From Cyanobacteria bacterium P01_F01_bin.53 (GTDB lineage: Bacteria > Cyanobacteriota > Cyanobacteriia > Phormidesmidales > Phormidesmidaceae): a DNA stretch of 64,000 nt. The stretch is from the NCBI GenBank assembly GCA_039186165.1, contig JBCDAG010000001.1, positions 4,040-68,039 on the forward strand, written 5' to 3'. Positions 16,901 through 25,100 of this stretch are shown piece by piece (position 1 is the first letter of the stretch; each line of letters starts with the position of its first letter). Below the pieces are notes generated by a model, which saw only the letters and a list, made by a program, of their open reading frames with translations, was not told where the DNA came from and searched no databases. The position numbers and the translations under genes were made by a program.

Positions 16901-19180
16901 GGCAACAGTGGTGACGGCTAACAAGGCGTCTTCGGTACCAATCCCTGGAGCCTTTGCCATTGATGTCAGTAAATTGACCAGGCTACGATGCTGGATTGGA
17001 ACGCCCTTAGGCTTTCCGGTACTGCCGCTGGTGTAGATAATGTAGGCGAGGTCTTGGGGGCTGACGTCAACTGCAAGATTCTCGATGAAGTGTTGATTAA
17101 TGGCTTGAGAATTTTGCTTGAGATCAAGAATCGGAACTTCAAGATCCGAGATTAGCGTTGTTAAGGATGCCTCTGACTCCAAAATAAGAGAGACGCCTGA
17201 ATCTTGTAAGATGTGCTGCAATCGCGCTTCTGGATGGGTGGGATCAAGCGGAATGTAAGTGCCGCCAATCTTTAGAATTGCGAGCAGGGCTATCACCAGT
17301 TCGGGGGAACGGTGCATGGCTAGAGCAATACGGCTATCGGGGTTCGCACCTTGGCTAGCAAGATATTGTTTGAGATAGTGTGCGAGTTGGTTGGCCCGGT
17401 TGTTGAGCGCTTGATAAGTCCATGGCTCTTCAGGTGGAAAGGACTGGGAGCGCCCATTATCGGCTGGGATGTGGCCAATGGAGAGTGAGATCGCCTCTGG
17501 GGTCTTTTCTGCCTGAGCTTCTATGAGCTGATGCGCACACTGTTCAGGAATCTCTACGGTTGTCTGGTTCTTGATGCTTAAGTCGATTAGCTCTGTAGAT
17601 GTCAGTAATGGCAGTGCCCCGATGGGTGTTTCAGGCTGGGCAACAATCCCTGTTAACAACGTTTTAAAGTGGGCAACCAAGCGATCTAATGTGCTAGTCG
17701 TAAATAAATCAGTGTTGTATTCAAAGACGCCCGTTAGACCCGATGGCCCCTCATACATATCTAAGCTGAGATCAAACCGAGCGGCGCTATTGCCCAGCTC
17801 TAGTGCGGTTACCTTAAGGTCCGGTAATGTAAAGTTAGCGTTGGGTGTGTTGTGGAGAATGAACATCACCTGGAACAGTGCGTTATGGCTTAGCTGCCTT
17901 TCCACTTGGAGCACATCGACGACCTGTTCAAAGGGCACGTCTTTGTTTTGATAAGCGCTGATAGCCGTATCTCTTACCCGAGCCAGGAACTGTGTAAACG
18001 TCTGGTTGGCGGTAACATTTGCCCGGAAGACGAGGTTATTTACAAAGAGGCCGATGAGGTCTTTGGTTTCAGCGCGATCGCGATTACTCACGGTGGAACC
18101 CACCAAAATATCTGACTGCCCCGAGTAGCGATACAGCAATACTTGAAAGGCTGCCAGCAGCGTCATGAAGAGGGTTGATTGCGATCGCCCAGCGAGCTGA
18201 GCTAATCTCTCTGAGAGTTCGGGAGAGAGCGTAAAGCTGCGACGCGCTCCACTAAAGCTCTGAATTGCAGGACGGGGATGATCGGTGGGCAGCTGAAGAA
18301 CCGCTGGGGGCTCAGCCAATTGCTGGAGCCAATAATTGAGTTGGGATTCGACAGAGACCGCCTGCTGGGAATGCTGCCAAGCAGCATAGTCGCCATATTG
18401 AATGGGCAGGGCGGGGAGAGGAGACGGTTGGTTGCTAGAGAAGGCCTGATACAGCAAGGCAATCTCTTTCATCAATACTTTGAGAGACCAATAGTCAGCA
18501 ATGATGTGGTGAACGGTGACGGACAAAATGTGGTCATTCTCACCGAGTTTGAGGAGTTGAGATCGCAGCAGTGGTCCCGTTGCCAGATCGAAGGATTGCT
18601 CGACTAGCGCTGTTAAATGAGGACGCAGTTGAGCGATAAAATCATCAGCAGTGTCATCTGGGCTAATCGGCTCAGCATCTGGCAAGTTAGACCCAGATAA
18701 TTTAGACTCTGATATTTCAGAGCCCGACAGCTCAACAACAGACAGCTCAATGTCTTGTTGAGACAAAATAGTTTGTGATGGCTCGCCGTCTATTGAAACA
18801 AATTGGGTTCGTAGTATCTCATGACGGCTCACAATTTCGTTGAGACAGCGCTGCAACGTTTTTACTTGCAGCACTCCCTGAAGCCTCAGCGCCGCAGGAA
18901 TGGTGTATACCGTTTGATTGGGCTGTAGCTGATCGATAAACCATAGTCGTTGCTGGGCGAACGAGAGCGGAGCTGTATTTAGGCCTTCCGATTGAGGGGC
19001 TCCTGCTAGATCACCTTCTGAATTTTGCTCATCTGAATTTTGCTCAGGCGTCTGTTTGCTTTTTTGTGTGGAGGTTAGGGCTGATTTCTTAGCAGCCTTT
19101 TGCTGCATGAGCTGCGTGAGCAACTTGCGCTTTTGCTCAGCGGTAAGGTTGGAGATATCAGGAGAGTTTACGGGATTCAT
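10904..19180 (-). CDS. NRPS C-A(Gly)-T-C-A(Ala)-T-E
   Basis: Codes DILQLGLIWK (Gly) and DLFNNALTYK (Ala); second T is GGDSI (E-associated type); E domain HHLLVDGISW, EGHGR, RTVGW, FNYLGQ. Confidence 0.95.
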   Translation of the reverse strand: MNPVNSPDISNLTAEQKRKLLTQLMQQKAAKKSALTSTQKSKQTPEQNSDEQNSEGDLAGAPQSEGLNTAPLSFAQQRLWFIDQLQPNQTVYTIPAALRLQGVLQVKTLQRCLNEIVSRHEILRTQFVSIDGEPSQTILSQQDIELSVVELSGSEISESKLSGSNLPDAEPISPDDTADDFIAQLRPHLTALVEQSFDLATGPLLRSQLLKLGENDHILSVTVHHIIADYWSLKVLMKEIALLYQAFSSNQPSPLPALPIQYGDYAAWQHSQQAVSVESQLNYWLQQLAEPPAVLQLPTDHPRPAIQSFSGARRSFTLSPELSERLAQLAGRSQSTLFMTLLAAFQVLLYRYSGQSDILVGSTVSNRDRAETKDLIGLFVNNLVFRANVTANQTFTQFLARVRDTAISAYQNKDVPFEQVVDVLQVERQLSHNALFQVMFILHNTPNANFTLPDLKVTALELGNSAARFDLSLDMYEGPSGLTGVFEYNTDLFTTSTLDRLVAHFKTLLTGIVAQPETPIGALPLLTSTELIDLSIKNQTTVEIPEQCAHQLIEAQAEKTPEAISLSIGHIPADNGRSQSFPPEEPWTYQALNNRANQLAHYLKQYLASQGANPDSRIALAMHRSPELVIALLAILKIGGTYIPLDPTHPEARLQHILQDSGVSLILESEASLTTLISDLEVPILDLKQNSQAINQHFIENLAVDVSPQDLAYIIYTSGSTGKPKGVPIQHRSLVNLLTSMAKAPGIGTEDALLAVTTVAFDIATLELLLPLTVGARLVIATPETVRDSERLIAQLKSDDITLMQATPATWRLLLDAGWEGLSKLKILCGGEALNLPLAQQLLPCCHELWNLYGPTETTIWSSALRIDEIVLANGFVPIGGPIDNTIFHVLDPQQQPVPVGVPGELHIGGAGLSTGYLHRAELTAEKFVNTELPSIPHTTPNNIPHITTLYKTGDLVRRHSTGTLEYLGRLDHQIKLRGFRIELGEIESILNNHPDIDQSLVMLYRNGENHEPQLVAYCKVWPDVELVNNPTTLRQNLSGQLPTYMLPTAYVLLADFPLTPNGKIDRKALPKPQIGQLSGQPTTDSLGPQTETEQLIANIWADTLKIPAVRATDNFFELGGHSLLAARVIARLQPVLGMSVPLRTLFEKPTLSAFSTAIDATLQNKTFEPIQLIDREGSLPLSYAQKRQWVLAQLEPNSPFYNIPAAVRLVGDFSIPVLEESLAFLCDRHEGLRTTFQSVEGEANLQILPTLAPTLVPKVSYIEARNKKARNNALSESQITDRLIAESRKPFDLTTAPLMRVTVIRTEEQAYIVLLVLHHIIADAGSVDMLVRELVSVYTQRRAQRRAESPVVLPPLPVQYVDYAAWQQRLDTSKQLSYWQQQLAEVPPLLSLPTDYPRPAIQQFEGGSYRFALTAQQTAALKQLSQRHRATVFMTLMAAFQSLLHRYSGAEDLVVGTPIAHRPQAELEGVLGMFVNTLVLRGDFSEDITFTELLHQVRTTALSAYAHQDVPFEQVIDALNIPRTWSHSPLFQVMFVWQAAKLDATSAVDDLTWSPLTLDSNTTKVDLTLSMAEENAEDGVRLSGKFEYRRDLFKHGTIEAMADTFCTLLNAVTTSPEQLISELPLVSERQEQQLRAWNDTARDYPTGLCLHQLFEQQVARSPQAQALVTPTQTLSYQELNTRAHQLAEQLHSRGIGSDSRVAICLDRSANLIIAILAILKAGGAYVPLDPNYPSSRLAYILDDAQVSTVITQPEYENITASTPHTVVLTDVLTEQASPTTTSISHAPIPHSTREHNLAYIIYTSGSTGRPKGVAIEHHSPVALVQWANEVFSPDQLSGVLAATSVCFDLSIFEIFVPLSSGGSIILAENVLQLPTLPAAEQVTLINTVPTALAELARINGIPNSVTTINLAGEPIPPTLVKQLYALASVEQVSNLYGPSEDTTYSTYTLLSPEDATVPIGSPIANTQAYVLDQQQKQVPIGMPGELYLAGKGLAQGYWNQPTLTAESFIDCPQVLSPKTPTLYKTGDLVRYRPDGQLEFLGRLDNQVKIRGFRIELGEIESSLLQHSQVMQAAVKAWTDTQNNQRLVAYVVFAGVPDKEAFGKALSTISASFEGLRSHLQKSLPDYMLPAIVVPLEALPLLPNGKINRRALPSPIFETALKGKKEILTATEQSLVKIWQALLGQPVGIHDNFFELGGDSILAIQVIAQAQNIGLYFSPRDLFQYSTISQLAAITTTQTSNQAQQTPIVGPVALTPIQHWFLTQPLQHPHHWNQSVLLSVQQALRPDILEQALRQLMHHHDALRATFKQTKKGWEQSYQGPSETVPLRVIQRSITENEDAEGEEVSSVITTEAAAAQASFQLQEGPLLNVVYYDLTTPAGPERRLLIVCHHLLVDGISWRILLSDLQRLYQQLSEPSNQNSQLLLPPKTLSCQHWVKQLTITDFNSELPYWESIAAAKLPLFLRDFPAGNNAMATADTVSVSLTSEQTQRLIRKVPTAYSARIEDILLTALLLALSPSLSTQQKGTQQEGEETTDAQTEPSLRISLEGHGRPEDQDLSRTVGWLTTLYPVLLKMPSMPNQDQEIDTGQVIKSVKETLRSVPRQGMGYGVLRYLQASGGKKSLETDTPIRFNYLGQTDQLFTEDSWLAPASESAGAARSGEDPRDVLIEINAVISRGMLTLHWTFSREIHKKATISGWAESYLTQLITLIEYCLSTDTDQGYSPTDFPQMGLEQGELDDLLASLEGEMSEGEMSGGEMS
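10907..10951. repeat. 3 x 15-nt in-frame tandem repeat (EGEMS/EGEMS/GGEMS)
   Basis: tgacatctcacctcc / tgacatctcgccttc / tgacatttcaccttc. Confidence 0.85.
10916..10921 (-). promoter_or_regulatory. Shine-Dalgarno GGAGGT for the 7650..10907 gene
   Basis: GGAGGTGAGATGTCATGA; 8-nt spacer; ATGA overlap. Confidence 0.75.
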
Positions 19181-22100
19181 GAAGTTGCCTCCTGATTGTC
19201 TTCTGTTAAAAGCTGCCCTAACAGGTCATTAACGGTTTCATCTGATAGCGCCTCAATGTCTATTTCAAGGTTGTTTTCTTCAGGGTTATTTTCTTCAGGG
19301 TTGGGTAGAGGTGTTGCCGACTGTCTGCGGGGAATTGGGTCAGCATTTTCAACAGTCTTCTTCCGGGTGGGAATAGTTCGGCCATTCACACTCTGATGAG
19401 CATCGTCGATTGTTTGGCTTACAATAATGTGAGCCTGCTCGGCAGGGGTAAGTGCTCCAAACAGTTGCGTAATCGTTAGCTCCACTGAGAAGGTGTTTTG
19501 TAGTTGGGATAACAGCTGCATGGCTGTCAGAGAATTCCCCCCAACTTCAAAGAAGTTGTCGTGGATGCCAACCTTGTCTACATCGTCTAACAGCATTTGC
19601 CATAGCTCGGTGATTTTTTCCTCGGTGGGGTTTGTCGGTGCGACATACTGAGTGGTCGTACCTGCTGTGGGGAGGGGCAATGCACGCCTATCGACCTTTC
19701 CATTTGGGGTGAGCGGTAGGCTGCCTAAAATTTGATAGCGAGTGGGCACCATGTAGCTAGGTAGCTTTTCGCTCAAGTGTTGCTTTAATGTGTGGGTGAG
19801 TGTTTCCGTGGTAGAAACCGTTTGTGAGGAATCGTGAACGGCCATCCATTGATGATTCCAGCTAGGATCAATCAACCCGCCGACTAGGGCATGAAGAGGC
19901 TGTTGGTGTTGCCTGAGACCTATCTGACGTTTCAATACCTCGTGATTAAACCCTCCGATTGGGCAAAGGCCAAGGTCAAAATCAGGGGCCTTTTCCATCA
20001 TGAGTTGTCCCATGTAGCCGGTTTCAATCAAACAAAAATCCCTGGATTTATCACCGTAGATGGGCTCAATGGCTTCCATGTTGGCAACGAGGAAAAGAGA
20101 GAAGGCGCTATTCTGCTGGAGCTGTTGATTGGGGCCGTAAAGTGACAGCGAGAGTGACTGTGAGAGTGTTGAAACAGTCTCCGCAGGAGAAGCGTCTTCA
20201 GCATGGATTTTCTCTAGGCTGTGTTTAATAGGGTGATAGTAGTACCAGCCGGGGGCAACCCCCGAAATTCGATCGGCTTGGATGTGTAGATAGGATTGTA
20301 TGGGGTAAAGGCTGCCAGCAGAGGCATAACGATATTTGGGAATAGGGGAATCGGGAATCGTGTGAGCACTCAGCTCAGCGAGAAAATCACTAAACCCTTC
20401 TAGGGAAATAGGCTGAGCTAGAAACTGACGATGGCTTTGCCGACGAATGAAGGGTTCCGTAGATGATTTTCTCTTAGGGAGTTCTAGGGTGTCTTCTTGG
20501 GAGGGGGCCGCTTGGGGAGAAGCCTCGCGAATGCCTAGCTGCTTCTGCTTAAAATCTAGCTTCGCTAGGGGCTGGCTCAAAGCATTCGCAATTGCATTCA
20601 TCTGAGGCACCACATAGGCGACCAGCTCAGCTGGCGTTCCCACGGGCTCAACAACAGCAGCGTCAATAGCTGGATACTGTTGCAAGGCACTTTCAATTTC
20701 ACCTAGCTCAATGCGATATCCATTGATTTTGACTTGGAAATCTTCTCGGCCCAGGAACTCGAGGGTGCCGTCGAGGCGGTAGCGGCCAAGGTCACCGGTC
20801 TTGTAGAGGCGTGACGATGTGGGGAGGGTCGTAGGTGAAATGGTAGGTGAAATAAATCGCTCCGCTGTCAGCTCTGGACGATTCCAATAGCCCTTAGCTA
20901 AGCCGATTCCACCAATATAGAGTTGGCCGGTTACCCAAGGCGGGCAGGGGTGTAAGTTTTCATCTAGGACATACCATTGTTGATTGGCTAGGGGGCGACC
21001 ATAGGGGATGCTATGCCAGTTAGGATCAACGGATTCAATCGGGTAGGCAATTGACCAAATAGAGGCTTCGGTGGCACCACCAAGACTGATGACTTGAGCG
21101 GTTGGGCAGTGTAGTGTGATTTGGCTGGGCAACGTCAGCGGAATCCAGTCGCCACTGAGAAGCACTAAGCGGAGAGCGGAGGGTGCATTGGAGGCCTCTT
21201 TAGCATCTTCTTTAGCAGACGAATTTTCTATCGCCGTTAGCTCTGTGGTGAGTAGCTGCATGAGTGCTGGGACAGAGTTCCAAACCGTGACGTTGTGCTC
21301 TGTGAGCAGCTGTCGCCAATGGGTTGGGTTCTTTTCCTGCTGGGCAGAAGGCATCACCAGGGCCGCTCCAGCGGCTAGGGTACCAAAGATATCAAATACG
21401 GAGAGATCGAAACTGAGGGAGGAAAGGGCAAAGATGCGATCGCGTGGCCCAATCTCAAATCGTTGGTTAATATCCAAAATCGTATTAACTGCGCCCCGAT
21501 GGTCAATCATCACGCCTTTGGGTGTGCCGGTAGAGCCCGAGGTGTAAATGACATAGGCCAAATCTGTTGGGGATTGCAGTGTTTCTGCCGTGAAGTCTAT
21601 GGGTTGTACTTCTGGCTCTACACTGGGCTTTATACTGGGCTCTTCGTTGATGCAAATTTGAGTGAGCCCTGTGGGCCAGTCAAGAATATTGCCGGATGCG
21701 GTGAGAACAATTTCGGCAGATGACTCTGTGATCAGATGCCAGCGTCTTTCCTGAGGGAGGGTTGGGTCGATGGGGACATAGGCTTCGCCAGCACTCAAAA
21801 TCCCAAGGACAGCAACGACTTGCTGCCAACCTTTTTCCATAGAAACAGCAATTAGTTGATTGGGCCGGTGATTGGGCTGAATTGCCAACTGCTTGAGCTG
21901 ATGGGCCAGGGCTTGTGCTCGCGCAGCTAATTCTCCATAGGTCAACGTTTTCTCCGGCGTAATCACCGCTGGGTAATCAGGCTGTTTTTCAGCTTGGTTA
22001 AAGAACAGCTCATGGAGGCATAGCTCGCCCTCTGAAAAAGCCTGATTAGTTTGATTAAGGGCCTCAACGTGCTCAGTGGAGGCAAGTTTTGGTAGGGTTT

Positions 22101-25100
22101 GCCAAACGCTATCATCTACAGCAAGCTGGCGTAGCAGCTGAGCGTAGGCAGTGAACATTTCATTGAGGAGATTTTCAGGGAAAAGATCGGCGATCGCATC
22201 CCAGTTAAACACCAGCTCCCCCGCAATTTCAGAAACCTGATGATCCAAATACACCTGGGAAGTTTGGCTCACACTGAACACGTTTTCTGTTTGCCACTCT
22301 CTTGACTCAGGTTGAGGAATCGCCTGATTCAGCGTGCTGGTGAAGACCACAGGCATCCGTGCTCCAGTCCCTTTTTGACCAGCAGCCTTCACTTTTGCCA
22401 ATTCTCTGAGTATCCGAACCCCACTCACCGCCCGGTTATCCAAATCCTCCCATAGCTGAGCCTGAAGACGTTTCGCCCGAGCGATGAAGGACTCATTCCC
22501 GCTGTTATCCACAGCCAGCAACATGGAAGCGGTAAAATCGCCCACAATTTGATTGATCTCTGGATGTAGAGGTACTCGATTGAACAGCGTGAGATTTAGG
22601 GTGAATTGGGGCTGCTGGCTCCAGATTGTTAGCACTTCTGAAAAGGCCGCAAGAACAACACCAGAGGGCGTCAGTGCCGCTTGGTAAGCGCGTTGTTTTA
22701 ACCGTGCCCAGTCATCTGCTTCTAAGCGCCCACTGCGTCGCTCAAACCGGGGTGTCTTCACTTGGCTAGGGGCCATGGTCAGCGGCAGGCTAGGGGCAGG
22801 CGGTAGTGTGGTCAGGCGGTTTTTCCAGTATTCAAGGGATTGCTCGTAAGCAGGCGTTGTTTGAAAAGCCTGCTCTGCCATCACGTAATCACGGAAGCTA
22901 AGACTCAGGGGCGGAAGTGCTTCGCCTCGAATCAGCTGGGCCATCTCTTGCCCTAAACGTTGGAAACTCCACGCATCCCCAATGAGCACATCAAAGCTGA
23001 CGAAAAAGCGAACTTTGTTGTTTGGTAGCTGAGCGGCCTCAATATGGAAAAGGGGCCACTGTTCTGGCGTGAAAACTTGGTGGGAAAGACGGCTGCGTAA
23101 GATTGCCAGTTGCTCATTTTCGACCCCTTGGCGATAGTCAGAAACCGGGATTTCATAGTTGGGCACCGCTGGCAAAATCGTCTGTAGTCCATCGGTGTTC
23201 ACCACTGCTCGCAGCATATCGTGGCGCTTAATCAACACATTGAGTGCTTGTTCTACTTGCTCAACGGAAAGCCCGTCTACTTCTAGCTCTCGGTAGCCGT
23301 GGGTGCCGATATTGCCTAGCTCGAAGGCCTGCGAGCGACCAACCCAATAGGCCTGCTGAATATCGGTGAGTGGAAATGGTTCGTATCGCTGATCTAAATC
23401 GGGCGTTATTTGCGGTCTATTTATGGGCTGAGATGTACTATTTTCCGTAATAGTGGCATCTTCAGAACGCCTGCTAAGATGTTGTGCGAGTTCTGAAATG
23501 GACGGCGCTTTAAAGAATGCCTGCAAAGGGATTTTGGACTGAAGTGCGGCTTCTGCTTGCGCCACAATTTGAATGGCCAGCAGTGAGTGCCCACCTAACT
23601 CAAAGAAATTATCGTGAATGCTAACTTTCTCTTGATTGAGCACGTCACCCCAAACGGTTGCCAGCGTTTTTTCTAGTTCAGAACGTGGTGCCACGTAGGC
23701 CTGACTGGTCTGACGCTCTGGATGGGGCAGTCCGCGCCGGTCAATTTTTCCATTGGGCAGTTTGGGCAGGGCCTCTAGCGTTACCCACCCCGTAGGAATC
23801 AGATAAGCGGGTAAGCGTTCTGCCAAGTCATGGCGTAGCTGTGCTGAAAGAGAGTTTTCTGAGGGTTCATCTGAAATGTCACCTGACGTGTTATCTGAGG
23901 CGTCATCATTGGCAACCACGTAGGCTACGAGCTGCTTGTCAGTGCCCTCGCCATAGGCAATGACAACGGCTTCTTGTACCACAGGATGCTGGCTTAGGGC
24001 GGTTTCAATTTCGCCTGTTTCAATCCGGAAACCGCGAATTTTGATTTGTTGATCGAATCGCCCCAAAAACTCCAGGGACCCGTCGAGACGGTAGCGGACG
24101 CGATCACCGGTTTTGTAGAGTTTGCTTAGCTCACCTTTGCTTAGATCAACAGCGCTGGCTGAGCTTAGCGTCTCTGAAGAAGGAGTCCCGGTAACAAACT
24201 TATCTGCTGTTAACGCTGGGCGATTCAAATATTCGCGTGCTAGGCCCGCACCACTTAAATAGAGTTCACCGGCAATGCCAACGGGGACAGGCTGTTGATG
24301 GCGATCTAAGACATAGGCCTGAGTATTCGCAATCGGTTTGCCAATGGGGACTCGGGTATCGGCTGGGGTGAAGTGTTGACCATGGAGTGGGGCACAAGTG
24401 GAATAGGTTGTGTCCTCGGAGGGACCGTAGAGGTTGTAGATTTGTTGGATATGGGGAAGCTGCTGGAGCTGCTGTACCAGTGAAATGGGGAGTGCTTCAC
24501 CGGCTAAATTAACGGTTTGAATAGACTTTGGCAGTGACCCAATTTTCAACAGCTGGGTTAAGATACTCGGCACCGTGTTAAGCAGACTCACAGGAACAGA
24601 GGCAGGTGGTGTGGCCTTAGGTAGTGTGGCAAGTGCCAAAGCATTCTCGACGACAATGGCGCTTCCGCCCCAGCTTAACGGTGAAAATATCTCAAATACG
24701 GACAGATCAAAACAGACAGAGGTTGATGCGAGGACGCCTGATAACTCCTCTGGTGAGAATTGTTCTTTTGCCCAATGAAGCAGGGTTACGGTACTGCGAT
24801 GTTCAATCGCAACCCCTTTGGGCACGCCTGTAGAGCCAGAAGTGTAGATGACATAGGCCAAGTCACTTGGGCGAGCGTGCGTTTTTAGCTTTGTTGTCGG
24901 TAGGTTGTCGGGAATCTTTGTGATATCGACAGTTTGTAAGGACGGGCTGGCCTCAAAGACAATCCCGTCTCCCTGAGTCAGGAGGATTTGAAGGTTGGCA
25001 TCTTCGGCAATGAAGGATAGTCGCTCAGCGGGGTAGGCCGGATCTAGGGGAACGTAAGTCCCGCCTGCTTTGAGAATAGCCAACAGACTGACCACCATTT

